The notes beneath the pieces were generated by a model. It worked only from the letters and a program-made list of their open reading frames with translations, was not told the origin of the DNA and did not search any database. From assembly GCA_964372345.1 (NCBI GenBank), contig CAYJQR010000001.1, forward strand, positions 36,825 to 100,824: a stretch of 64,000 nucleotides of DNA, in the 5' to 3' direction. The position numbers and the translations under genes are program-made. The stretch is from an uncultured Planctomycetia bacterium. Lineage in GTDB: Bacteria > Omnitrophota > Gorgyraeia > JACOVV01. This document shows positions 39,817 through 49,406 of the stretch, piece after piece. How positions within the stretch are numbered: the first letter of the stretch is position 1; every line of letters starts with the position of its first letter.

Positions 39817-40950
39817 ATGTACTCCAGATTAATTGCCCCCCCAAAGGGGAAGAGCTTCTTTCTATTCGGGCCGCGGGGGACTGGAAAAACAACGTGGGTT
39901 AAAGCGGTCTTTCCTAACGCCCTCTATCTTGATCTTCTAGAAGCGGAACTTTTTAATGACCTTTTGGCTAATCCACAACGGCTGGAGAACTTAATCCCCC
40001 AATCGTTCAGCGACTGGATTATCATTGATGAAGTGCAAAAGGTCCCTGAGCTCCTAAATGAAGTCCACCGGTTGATCGAAAAATATAAATATCAGTTCAT
40101 CTTGACTGGTTCCAGCGCTAGGAAATTAAAGAAAAAGGGGCCAAACTTATTGGCAGGCCGCGCGTTAACCTACTCGATGCATCCTCTGACAGCGATGGAA
40201 CTGGGGCGAGATTTTAACTTAGATCACTCTCTAAAATATGGACAACTTCCCTGTGTCTATAGCGAGGCAAACCCCAAAGGTTATCTGGAGAGTTATGTAA
40301 AGACTTACCTAGAGCAAGAAATCCAGCAGGAAGGACTCACAAGAAACTTGGGGGCTTTTTCGCGTTTTTTAGAATCGGCTAGTTTCTCACAGGCGGCCGT
40401 ACTCAATATTTCAGCGGTAGCGCGTGAGTGCGCTATCGAGAGAAAAGTAGTTGAGAATTATTTCACTATCTTAGAGGATTTATTAATTGCGTATCGAATT
40501 CCTGTTTTTACAAAAAAAGCTAAAAGGCGATTGGTCACCCACTCAAAGTTTTATTTTTTTGATGTTGGGGTTTATCGTGTTTTAAGACCGATGGGACCTT
40601 TGGATATGCCTGAATCCGCCGAAGGGGCGGCATTGGAGGGGCTTTTGTTTCAGGAATTGAATGCGATCAATGCCTATTTTGATCTGGGCTACAAGATCTA
40701 TTTCTGGAGGACCTCCAATCAAGTGGAGGTTGATTTTGTGTTGTATGGGAATAAGGGATTGAGAGCGTTTGAGGTGAAACGGACCCGGAAAATCTCAAAC
40801 TCTATGCTAAAAGGACTCAAGGCGTTTTTAGAAAACTATCCACTAGCTAAAGCCTATTTCCTTTATGGTGGAGAACGCCGTATGCGGGAAGGGAAAATTG
40901 AGATTATTCCAATGGATTCCGCGCTCAAAAATTTACCCTCACTTCTCTAG
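39817..40950 (+). CDS. AAA+ ATPase with a C-terminal DUF4143-like domain.
   Basis: Walker A FLFGPRGTGKTT and Walker B IIIDEVQK. The 377 aa architecture is typical of the ATPase (AAA+ superfamily)/DUF4143 family common in defense islands. Confidence 0.75.
   Translation: MYSRLIAPPKGKSFFLFGPRGTGKTTWVKAVFPNALYLDLLEAELFNDLLANPQRLENLIPQSFSDWIIIDEVQKVPELLNEVHRLIEKYKYQFILTGSSARKLKKKGPNLLAGRALTYSMHPLTAMELGRDFNLDHSLKYGQLPCVYSEANPKGYLESYVKTYLEQEIQQEGLTRNLGAFSRFLESASFSQAAVLNISAVARECAIERKVVENYFTILEDLLIAYRIPVFTKKAKRRLVTHSKFYFFDVGVYRVLRPMGPLDMPESAEGAALEGLLFQELNAINAYFDLGYKIYFWRTSNQVEVDFVLYGNKGLRAFEVKRTRKISNSMLKGLKAFLENYPLAKAYFLYGGERRMREGKIEIIPMDSALKNLPSLL
40833..40950. repeat. 118-bp direct repeat, copy 1. 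This is the 3' end of the ATPase gene.
   Basis: About 97% identical to 42527-42654. Confidence 0.9.
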
Positions 40951-40974
40951 TCTAAAAACTGAAGGAACCGTGGA

Positions 40975-42276
40975 ATGTCTGGGGCGTGGGCAAATAAAAA
41001 ATTCGCCGAAGATATCCAGTCAGTAAACCAAGACCTGAAAAATTTGAACCATGATAAACCCTTGAGGAAAGGTCTTGAAGGGAGTGATATGGCGCAAGAT
41101 TCTATAAAATGTCCTAAATGCGGGGAGGCAATCCCTCTTTCTGAGGCGTTGTCGCAGGATATTGAAGAACGCGCCCGCCGGAAATACGAGGCGCAATTAT
41201 CTGAAAAAGAAACCGAATACCAAGCTCTGCTGAGAAAACAGCGCGAAGAACTTGCGATAAAACTTAAAAAACAGGCAGAAGAAGCTGTCAGCGCTGAAAT
41301 GACCGATCTGAAAGAGCAAGCGGAAGAGACGAAACGCAAGCTGAAACAAGCCAATGAGAATGAGTTGGCGTTGCGCAAAAAACAGCGCGAATTGGAAGAG
41401 AGGGAAAAAACGCTTGAGTTGGAAACCGCCAGAAAGATAGACGAAGAACGGCGAAAGATCGAGACGGATGTTTTCACGCGACTTGAAGAACAGCATAAGC
41501 TGAAAGACGCGGAAAAAGATAAGAAACTTTCGGATGCCTTCAAGCAGGTTGAAGAATTAAAGCGAAAGATGGAGCAAGGTTCCCAGCAGATGCAGGGAGA
41601 AGTGCTTGAATTGGAACTAGAAGAATTATTTAAGCGAGAGTTTCCTTTTGATGTCATCGAACCAGTTTCCAAAGGGGTGCGGGGCGCTGATATTGTCCAA
41701 ACTGTCAAAACGCAATCCGGGCGCACGTGCGGGAAAATCCTCTGGGAAACAAAGAGAGTAAAAAACTGGAGCGACTCCTGGGTTCAAAAGTTGAAAGACG
41801 ATCAGCAAGACGCGAAAGCGGATATTGCAGTCCTCGTTTCCGAGGCGCTTCCCGCGGGGTTTCATCACTTTCGGCAGATTCACAGTGTGTGGGTAACGGA
41901 TATTCCATCGGCCGTTAGCCTGGCTTTAGCCCTGAGAGTGGTGTTGATTCAAGTGGCCAGTGCCAAGGAAATGGAGAGTGGCAAAGATGATAAAAAGGAT
42001 CTCATTTATCGTTATATAACTGGTACTGACTTCCGTAATCGGGTCACTGCGATCATCGAAGGATTTCGGACAATGAAAGAAGACCTTGAAGCGGAGAAGC
42101 GAGCCATGCAGAGGATTTGGGGAAACCGGGAAAAGCAGATCGAAAGGATCATTTTCAACACGGCCGGGATGTACGGGGATTTAGAGGGGTTGGCTGGGGC
42201 GGCCTTGCCGCAGATTAAGATTCTGGAGTTGCCAGTAGGGGAAAATATAGAAAAGAAGACAAGGGAGACAGAGTAA
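40975..42276 (+). CDS. DUF2130-like protein: an N-terminal zinc ribbon, a long coiled coil and a C-terminal PD-(D/E)xK-like motif.
   Basis: CPKCGE zinc ribbon, an EK-rich coiled coil and GADIVQTV...GKILWETKR (a D...E-x-K pattern). The start may be the ATG at 41089. Confidence 0.55.
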   Translation: MSGAWANKKFAEDIQSVNQDLKNLNHDKPLRKGLEGSDMAQDSIKCPKCGEAIPLSEALSQDIEERARRKYEAQLSEKETEYQALLRKQREELAIKLKKQAEEAVSAEMTDLKEQAEETKRKLKQANENELALRKKQRELEEREKTLELETARKIDEERRKIETDVFTRLEEQHKLKDAEKDKKLSDAFKQVEELKRKMEQGSQQMQGEVLELELEELFKREFPFDVIEPVSKGVRGADIVQTVKTQSGRTCGKILWETKRVKNWSDSWVQKLKDDQQDAKADIAVLVSEALPAGFHHFRQIHSVWVTDIPSAVSLALALRVVLIQVASAKEMESGKDDKKDLIYRYITGTDFRNRVTAIIEGFRTMKEDLEAEKRAMQRIWGNREKQIERIIFNTAGMYGDLEGLAGAALPQIKILELPVGENIEKKTRETE

Positions 42277-42432
42277 ATGCTGAAGCGAATAAAAAGGAAA
42301 AGCTCAAGCTCATGGGGAAAATAAAAGGAGGCATTTCCTCGGGACGGAACCCTTTGGATAGCCCCCCATCGTGATTCTACTATGAGTATAGCATACGAAT
42401 AACAATATCGTTGAAGATTGTTTTGAAGGTAT

Positions 42433-42654
42433 TTGTTCCTCTCCCCACCTGCCTACCCGATAAAACCTTCTGGCAAACTCCATGGGTTTGGGGGTAAAAT
42501 GAGGGGAAAAGAGAACCGGTCTCATTTCCTATTAGAAAACTATCCACTGGCTAAAGCCTATTTCCTTTACGGTGGAGAACGCCGTATGCGGGAAGGGAAA
42601 ATTGAGATTATTCCAATGGATTCCGCGCTTAAAAATTTACCTTCACTTCTCTAG
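42433..42654 (+). pseudogene. 3'-terminal remnant of a DUF4143 ATPase gene. This is the second copy of the direct repeat.
   Basis: The last 37 codons (YPLAKAYFLYGGERRMREGKIEIIPMDSALKNLPSLL) are identical to the C-terminus of the 39817-40950 gene. There is no upstream ATPase body. Confidence 0.7.
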
Positions 42655-42674
42655 GGCCTATGAGGTAACAACGA

Positions 42675-45056
42675 ATGTCAAACGAAGCAGACACTTGCAG
42701 GCGATATGTTTTACCCAAGCTCTATGCGGCTGGTTGGACAGACGATCAGATATCAGAGCAAAAATATTTTACGGATGGCCGAATAATAATAATTGGTAGC
42801 GCCTGCAAGCGAAGAAAACAAAAAAGAGCAGATTATCTTCTGCGGTATCGCCGCGACTTCCCCATAGCTATTATCGAGACCAAAGCAGATTATAAAAGCG
42901 CCGGCGACGGCATGCAGCAAGCAAAAGAGTATGCGGAAATTCTTGGGTTGAAGTTCGCGTATTCGACCAACGGAGAGAGGTTTATAGAACATGATTACAC
43001 AACTGGGATTGAGCGCGAACTTTTGGAATTGCCGTCGCCGGATGATCTGTGGCAAAGATATAGAAAGTCAGAGAGCATAACGGAAGAAACCGTTGCCGGC
43101 AAGCTTTTAACTCCGTATTATTACAATCCCGATAAAGAACCTCGTTATTATCAGCAGATAGCGATCAATAGAACCGTACAATATGTTTTAAAGGGGAAAA
43201 GACGTATTTTGATCACCCTGGCGACAGGAACAGGCAAAACAGAAGTGGCTTTTCAAATTGCCTGGAAATTGTGGAACGCGAAATGGAACAAGACGGACGA
43301 TGGAAGAAAACCAAGAATCTTATTTTTGTCAGATCGGTCTATCCTGGTTGACGATCCCAAGGATAAAACATTTATTCCGTTTGGAGACGCGCGCCATAAA
43401 ATTGACGGGGAAGCGATAAAAAGCAGGGAAGTGTATTTTTCGCTATATCAATCCATCGCTAAGGACGAAAGGCGACCGGGGCTGTATAGAGAATATTCCC
43501 CTGATTTCTTCGATCTTATCATTATTGATGAGTGCCATCGCGGGAGCGCTGCCGACGAAAGTAACTGGAGGGAGATCTTAGAATATTTTGAACCCGCGTA
43601 TCAAATCGGCATGACCGCAACTCCATTAAGGGAAGACAACAAGGACACCTATAAGTACTTTGGCAATCCAATTTATACTTACACGTTAAAACAAGGAATA
43701 GACGACGGTTTTCTCGCGCCTTACAAAGTGCACCGCGTTGTTACGGAAGTGGACGCGACCGGGTGGAGGCCCGAACAAGAACAAAAGGACCGGTATGGCA
43801 GAGAGATTCCCGATGGTGAATACAGCACAAAAGATTTTGGCCGTATTTTAGCCTTACGGCCGAGAACCGAAGCGGTTGCTCAGCATTTAACAGATTTCCT
43901 CAAAAAAAAGGACCGATTCGCCAAAACTATAGTGTTCTGTGAAGACCAGGAAGAGGCCGAAGAAATGCGCAGGATATTAAACAACCTGAATTCCGACTTA
44001 GCGCAACAATATCCTGATTTTGTAGTGAGGATTGTCTCGGAAGAAGGGTCTGTTGGACGCGGCCATTTGAGTAAATTTCAGGAGTTGGAGACATTAACCC
44101 CAGTCATTGTCACGACAAGCAAGTTATTAACGACGGGTGTTGATATTCAAATGTGCAAGAATATCGTCCTGTATAAAGTCATAAACTCGATGACTGATTT
44201 TAAGCAGATTATCGGCCGTGGAACACGAGTACGCAGCGATTACGGCAAGCTCTATTTTAACATTATTGATTATACTGGCAGCGCGACGCGCCTGTTCGCA
44301 GACCCCTCTTTTGACGGCGAACCCGCACTCTTGACACAGGAAGAAATCGACACGCTCGGTAAAGTAAAAGAAGGGAGCCAAGTGATTCTAGCTCCTGAAG
44401 AAGCCAAAGAATATAAAAAGGCCGATGAAGAAGTAACAATAGACGATCTCGTTGTCTGTGACCTCCCCGATGGACAGCGCGAAAGAAGAAAATTCTACGT
44501 GGATGACGGTAAGAGGATCAAAATTATTTACGATTATGAACAGCATTTAGACGCCAACGGCAATAAACTGCGAGTCGTAAAATACACAGAGTATACGGCT
44601 GAAAAAGTGCGTTCAATGTTCACTTCCGCGGCGGCGCTTCTTTCAAAATGGCAAGTGGCCGAAGAGCGAACGGCAATTATCGAGTTCCTACAAGATAAAG
44701 GGATTACTTTTGAAGAACTTGTCAAAGCGACAGACCAAGAAGACGCGGATCATTTCGATCTTCTCTGCCATGTAGCTTTTAATGCCCCTTTGCGCTCGCG
44801 CAGGGAGCGGGCTGAACGTTTAAGAAAAGGGAAAGTGGATTTCTTTGAATACTTTTCTCCAGAGGCCCGGCAGATCCTAAATGAAATACTGGATAAATAT
44901 GTCGAGTTCGGTACAGAACAGTTTAAAGTCCCGGATATTCTTAAAGTAGATCCAATTGCCCGCCACGGAAACGTTATTGAAATTGCATCTTTGTTTAGCG
45001 GGCCGGAAAAGCTCAGAGAGGTCTTTGAAAAGCTTCAAACACTTTTGTATAGCTAG
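42675..45056 (+). CDS. hsdR: Type I restriction enzyme R subunit.
   Basis: The N-terminal Mrr-like nuclease region (CRRYVLPKLYAAGW, IIETKADY), SF2 helicase motif I (LATGTGKT) and the DEAD-box motif IIIDECHRGS. Confidence 0.85.
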   Translation: MSNEADTCRRYVLPKLYAAGWTDDQISEQKYFTDGRIIIIGSACKRRKQKRADYLLRYRRDFPIAIIETKADYKSAGDGMQQAKEYAEILGLKFAYSTNGERFIEHDYTTGIERELLELPSPDDLWQRYRKSESITEETVAGKLLTPYYYNPDKEPRYYQQIAINRTVQYVLKGKRRILITLATGTGKTEVAFQIAWKLWNAKWNKTDDGRKPRILFLSDRSILVDDPKDKTFIPFGDARHKIDGEAIKSREVYFSLYQSIAKDERRPGLYREYSPDFFDLIIIDECHRGSAADESNWREILEYFEPAYQIGMTATPLREDNKDTYKYFGNPIYTYTLKQGIDDGFLAPYKVHRVVTEVDATGWRPEQEQKDRYGREIPDGEYSTKDFGRILALRPRTEAVAQHLTDFLKKKDRFAKTIVFCEDQEEAEEMRRILNNLNSDLAQQYPDFVVRIVSEEGSVGRGHLSKFQELETLTPVIVTTSKLLTTGVDIQMCKNIVLYKVINSMTDFKQIIGRGTRVRSDYGKLYFNIIDYTGSATRLFADPSFDGEPALLTQEEIDTLGKVKEGSQVILAPEEAKEYKKADEEVTIDDLVVCDLPDGQRERRKFYVDDGKRIKIIYDYEQHLDANGNKLRVVKYTEYTAEKVRSMFTSAAALLSKWQVAEERTAIIEFLQDKGITFEELVKATDQEDADHFDLLCHVAFNAPLRSRRERAERLRKGKVDFFEYFSPEARQILNEILDKYVEFGTEQFKVPDILKVDPIARHGNVIEIASLFSGPEKLREVFEKLQTLLYS

Positions 45057-45089
45057 AGCATAATTGTTACATTTTATGTAATAATTATG

Positions 45090-45118
45090 TTGACAAACAG
45101 CTTCTTATATGGCATATT
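45090..45118 (+). promoter_or_regulatory. Candidate promoter for abiEi-abiEii.
   Basis: TTGACA (45090-45095), a 17-nt spacer and CATATT. It overlaps the palindromic operator. Confidence 0.4.
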
Positions 45119-45147
45119 TGTTACAGAGAACGTAACAAATATGCCAT
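45109..45147. promoter_or_regulatory. Perfect 16-bp inverted-repeat operator overlapping the abiEi start codon.
   Basis: ATGGCATATTTGTTAC agagaac GTAACAAATATGCCAT. The right arm ends in the ATG at 45146. Confidence 0.7.
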
Positions 45148-45760
45148 GAGTACTCTATACGATAGAAGACAAAATCTTTATAACGTTGCCTCAACCCAAC
45201 AGGGGTATTTCTCTGCCAAGCAAGCCCTTTCTTGCGGTTATTCCCACCGTCTCCAGCATTATCATAAGGAAAAGGGCCAATGGGTTGAAATAGAGCGGGG
45301 TTTCTTCCGCCTTTCCAATTTCCCATCCTCGCCCAATGAGGATCTTGCTCGTTGGTCCTTTTGGAGCCGTAATCGTGAAGATATTCCTCAAGCTGTTGTT
45401 TCTCACGAATCGGCCCTTGCTATTCATGAACTCAGCGATGTGATTCCTTCAAAAGTTCACCTTACGATTCCACCCTTTTTCCGTAAGAAAAGCGCCGGAG
45501 GGTGCGTCCTTCATAAAAATATCCTCCTCCCGGAGGTTATAGAAAAACGAGAGGGGTTCTTTGTGACAACTCCTATGCAAACAATTATTGATGTGGCTGA
45601 TAGCGCTCTTAGCCTTGAACAGCTTGAACAAGCAGTTCGGGACGCTCTGGCCAAGGGGCTTATGGTCCCGGCCAATATCGCAAAAGCAAAGATGTCAGCC
45701 GCCGCTCGTGAAAAGATAGGTCTGATTATGGAGAACATTAAAAGAAAGCCGGTTTTATGA
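45146..45760 (+). CDS. abiEi: AbiEi-type antitoxin / transcriptional regulator (type IV TA system).
   Basis: A 204 aa product with an N-terminal winged-helix region. It is translationally coupled to the downstream nucleotidyltransferase and sits behind a palindromic operator. Confidence 0.65.
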   Translation: MSTLYDRRQNLYNVASTQQGYFSAKQALSCGYSHRLQHYHKEKGQWVEIERGFFRLSNFPSSPNEDLARWSFWSRNREDIPQAVVSHESALAIHELSDVIPSKVHLTIPPFFRKKSAGGCVLHKNILLPEVIEKREGFFVTTPMQTIIDVADSALSLEQLEQAVRDALAKGLMVPANIAKAKMSAAAREKIGLIMENIKRKPVL

Positions 45761-46632
45761 AAAACGAGAGAACGTATATGTCCGCTGCTTCTTTTCGCCA
45801 AGCCCTTGAAGAGCGCCTGCACAATATTTCCAAGGAACAGAAAGTTCCATTGGAAAGGTTGCGTAAGCGCATTGCGTTTGATCGTCTTCTGGCCCGATTG
45901 TTCGATAGAAAAGCGCATCCCGATCCTCAATGGTTGCTTAAAGGAGGTTATGCTTTAGAAATTAGGTATCTCAATATTGCCCGGGCGACTAAAGATATTG
46001 ATATGGCTATTCCCAGCATGGTCGGGCCTTCTCCTGGAACAGTAAGAGGTATTTTACAAAGGTCGGCTGAGATAAATCTCGGAGATTGGTTTGCGTTTCT
46101 TATAGGAGAACATTCTCAAGAATTAAGCCAGGCAGTTTACGGCGGTTGGCGCTATCCGGTAGAGGCGAGGTTGGCAAATAGAGAATTCACAAAATTTCAT
46201 GTTGACGTTGCCATCGGAGACGTCGTCGTTTCAGAGGCCGAGTGGTTCAAAAGCACAGAGTTATTAAGTTTCGCGGGGATTCCTCCCGCAGAGGTGGCGC
46301 TTTTCCCGAGGGATCAACAGTTCGCTGAGAAAGTTCATAGTTATACTTTCCCGCGAGACCCAAAAGAGATGTCGCGGGTTAAAGACCTTGTTGATATGGT
46401 TTTGTTGATTGAGAACGGCATGCCAAGTTCTGCGCATGTAGTAAAAGCGGTTAAGGCAACGTTTAAAAGAAGAAAAACGCATACTGTGCCTGACGCGCTC
46501 GTTTCTCCACCTGCTTCATGGGAAGCAAGTTATCGGGAAATGGCGTTAGACTGCGGAGTAAAATGCAAGACCGTTGAAGAAGCGTTTAAGTCAGTTTCTT
46601 CCTATTGGGGAAATTTATTTAAGAAGGAGTAA
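45757..46632 (+). CDS. abiEii: AbiEii/AbiGii-family nucleotidyltransferase toxin (DUF1814).
   Basis: A 291 aa product with a nucleotidyltransferase-fold GG...D.D region (LLKGGYALEIRY...TKDIDMAI). The ATGA overlap with abiEi is typical. Confidence 0.7.
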   Translation: MKNERTYMSAASFRQALEERLHNISKEQKVPLERLRKRIAFDRLLARLFDRKAHPDPQWLLKGGYALEIRYLNIARATKDIDMAIPSMVGPSPGTVRGILQRSAEINLGDWFAFLIGEHSQELSQAVYGGWRYPVEARLANREFTKFHVDVAIGDVVVSEAEWFKSTELLSFAGIPPAEVALFPRDQQFAEKVHSYTFPRDPKEMSRVKDLVDMVLLIENGMPSSAHVVKAVKATFKRRKTHTVPDALVSPPASWEASYREMALDCGVKCKTVEEAFKSVSSYWGNLFKKE

Positions 46633-46635
46633 ATA

Positions 46636-48210
46636 ATGATGACCAAAAAATCAAAAATTAAAATACCGCAAACAACGTCGGCGCAATTGAGTTCTATTAT
46701 AAAATCATGCCGCGATATCATGCGTAAAGATAAAGGATTAAACGGCGACGCGGATCGCCTTCCTATGCTTACCTGGATTATGTTCCTAAAGTTCCTCGAT
46801 GATATGGAAATGATGCGGGAAACCGAAAGCAAAATGGAAGGTAAAAAATATGTTCCGGCAGTTCACGCGCCTTATCGCTGGCGTGATTGGGCATCCAAAG
46901 AAGACGGCATTACCGGAGAAGAGCTGATTTCCTTCATCAATCATCAGGAATGCGTGCGGCCGGATGGCAGTCGCGGGCCGGGTCTGTTCACCTATTTACG
47001 GGCGCTTGAAGGCACCGGTCAAAAAAGAGATCGCCGTAACGTTGTTTCAACGGTTTTCCGCGGCACAGCAAACCGGATGCTTAATGGCTACCTTCTGCGG
47101 GATGTCATCAATAAGATCAATCAGATTCATTTTACCTCAACGGAAGAAATTCATACTCTATCCCATCTTTACGAAAGTCTTCTTAAAGAAATGCGGGACG
47201 CATCCGGAGACGCAGGCGAGTTCTATACTCCACGGGCAGTGGTCAAGTTGATGGTAGCGGTGGTCAATCCTCGGCTTGGCGAAACTGTGTTGGACCCGGC
47301 GTGCGGAACAGGCGGATTCCTTGTTGAGTCATTTGAGCATATCAAAAAACAGTGTAAAACAATTGCGGATCATAAAAAACTTCAAGAGGAGACGATCTTC
47401 GGAGGAGAGGCAAAGTCTTTACCGTATTTACTGTGTCAGATGAGTCTCCTTCTGCACGGGCTTGACTCTCCGAATATCGATCCGGGAAATTCCCTGCGGG
47501 TTCCCTTAAAAGAAATCGGTGATAAAGACCGCGTAGAGGTGATTCTGACCAATCCTCCTTTCGGAGGCGAGGAAGAAAAAGGCATTCAAGGTAATTTCCC
47601 TCAAGATAAACAGACGGCGGAAACCGCGCAACTTTTCTTACAACTGATTATGCGTAAATTGAAACGTCCCGGGCAGGGAAATAAAGGAGGCGGCCGCGCG
47701 GGCGTGATTGTTCCCAACGGCACGCTTTTTGGCGACGGCGTCTGCGCGCGGATAAAAGAAGAATTACTCAAGGAATTCAATCTTCATACGATCGTACGGC
47801 TGCCGAACGGTGTTTTCTCGCCATACACTTCCATACCGACGAATATACTCTTTTTTGACCGCGCCGGGCCGACAAAAGAAATCTGGTTTTATGAACATTT
47901 GCTTCCGGAGGGAAGAAAAAACTACACGAAAACAAAACCGATACAATTTGAAGAATTCCAATCATGCCTGGAATGGTGGGAGAAACGGGAAGAGAACGAA
48001 CGTGCCTGGAAGATCAAAGTCGAAGATGTTTTAAGATATGCCCAAGATGGTAATCTTATTTCAACCAACCTGGATATCAAAAACCCCAATACAGAGGACG
48101 CTTTTGAACATATGCCGCCGGAGAAGCTGATAGAGGATATTTTGGAGAAAGAAGAAAAAATTATGGTAATTTTGAGAGAAGTCAGTCAAATTCTAAAGGA
48201 AAAAATATGA
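46636..48210 (+). CDS. hsdM: Type I restriction-modification N6-adenine DNA methyltransferase subunit.
   Basis: An N-terminal HsdM_N helical domain, an AdoMet motif (DPACGTGGFLV) and the catalytic NPPFG. Confidence 0.9.
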   Translation: MMTKKSKIKIPQTTSAQLSSIIKSCRDIMRKDKGLNGDADRLPMLTWIMFLKFLDDMEMMRETESKMEGKKYVPAVHAPYRWRDWASKEDGITGEELISFINHQECVRPDGSRGPGLFTYLRALEGTGQKRDRRNVVSTVFRGTANRMLNGYLLRDVINKINQIHFTSTEEIHTLSHLYESLLKEMRDASGDAGEFYTPRAVVKLMVAVVNPRLGETVLDPACGTGGFLVESFEHIKKQCKTIADHKKLQEETIFGGEAKSLPYLLCQMSLLLHGLDSPNIDPGNSLRVPLKEIGDKDRVEVILTNPPFGGEEEKGIQGNFPQDKQTAETAQLFLQLIMRKLKRPGQGNKGGGRAGVIVPNGTLFGDGVCARIKEELLKEFNLHTIVRLPNGVFSPYTSIPTNILFFDRAGPTKEIWFYEHLLPEGRKNYTKTKPIQFEEFQSCLEWWEKREENERAWKIKVEDVLRYAQDGNLISTNLDIKNPNTEDAFEHMPPEKLIEDILEKEEKIMVILREVSQILKEKI

Positions 48211-49406
48211 AAAAGTGGGATAGATATAGCTTGGGAGAATTAATAACCTTAGAAAGAAGGCCTGTAGATGTTGAATTGGATAAAAGATATCAAGAAATCG
48301 GTATTTATTGTTTTGGTAGAGGAGTTTTTCATAAGCAACCGCGTACAGGATATGAAATAGGAAACAAAGCTCTCTTTTTAGTAAAAGAGAGAGATCTTAT
48401 ATTCCAAATAACATTTGCATGGGAGGGAGCCATTGCACTAATGAGTGATTCGGAAAATTGGATGTATGCGTCTACGCGTTTCCCGACTTTTCGTGCTAAT
48501 GAAAGAAAGTGCGATCCTAAATTTTTACTTTACTATTTCCGTACCCAGGAAGGGAGAGATCAGCTAGTAAAAATATCCCCTGGCTCAGCAGGAAGAAACA
48601 GAGTTCTAAGTCTCAAAAGAATGCCAGAGGTATTTATTCCACTCCCATCGCTTCCCGAGCAACACCGTCTCGTAGAATGTATCGAGGCAATCGTAGGTAA
48701 AATTGACGAGGCGAAAAGATTACGAGAAGAAGCACAGAAAGCAATAGATGCATTAATAGATGCGAAGCTACGGGGCCTAATTAATGAAAGCAACAAAAGA
48801 TACGAATGGGATTTCGGTCCTATTTCTAAATACGCAGAAGTCAATCCTTCTAGGCAAGGTCAGATCAAGTTGGCTGATAAAGATGTGGTCTCTTTTGTTC
48901 CTATGTCCGCTGTTGATGACATTACAGGTACCATCAAAGAGCGATTTATTAAACCCTACTATGAAGTTTCAAGAGGATATACATGGTTTAGAGAGGGGGA
49001 TGTTATATTCGCTAGAATTACGCCATGCATGGAGAATGGGAAATCGGCAGTTGCTGTTAATTTAGAAAACGGCCATGGATTTGGTTCCACCGAATTCCAT
49101 GTGTTAAGACCGGGGACTAAAATCTTAGCTGACTGGTTACATTTATTAATTCGCAGTAAAGATTTCAGAAGGGATGCGGAATCTTATTTCAAAGGGACAG
49201 CAGGTCAACAAAGGATCCCTCAAAGTTTTCTTGAAAAAAAAGAAATCCCCGCTCCACCGATACCAAAACAGAGGGAGTTAATAAATTATTTTAAGAAATT
49301 TACTGTGTGTCTTGCTGAAGAACACAAGATTGATGAAGAACGTCACGCCGAATTGAACGCTTTATTCCCTTCCGTATTAGACAAAGCCTTTAAAGGTGAG
49401 ACATGA
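48207..49406 (+). CDS. hsdS: Type I restriction-modification specificity subunit.
   Basis: A 399 aa product with two target-recognition domains separated by the conserved central helix (LPSLPEQHRLVECIEAIVGKIDEAKRL) and a C-terminal conserved helix. It is AT-rich, as is usual for hsdS. Confidence 0.8.
   Translation: MKKWDRYSLGELITLERRPVDVELDKRYQEIGIYCFGRGVFHKQPRTGYEIGNKALFLVKERDLIFQITFAWEGAIALMSDSENWMYASTRFPTFRANERKCDPKFLLYYFRTQEGRDQLVKISPGSAGRNRVLSLKRMPEVFIPLPSLPEQHRLVECIEAIVGKIDEAKRLREEAQKAIDALIDAKLRGLINESNKRYEWDFGPISKYAEVNPSRQGQIKLADKDVVSFVPMSAVDDITGTIKERFIKPYYEVSRGYTWFREGDVIFARITPCMENGKSAVAVNLENGHGFGSTEFHVLRPGTKILADWLHLLIRSKDFRRDAESYFKGTAGQQRIPQSFLEKKEIPAPPIPKQRELINYFKKFTVCLAEEHKIDEERHAELNALFPSVLDKAFKGET

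Noticed and set aside
42277-42674. Possible small gene or promoter in the 400-bp gap upstream of hsdR
   Set aside because: The only ORF (42433-42654) is the duplicated 3' fragment of the ATPase gene. It is treated as a pseudogene remnant and repeat, not an expressed gene.
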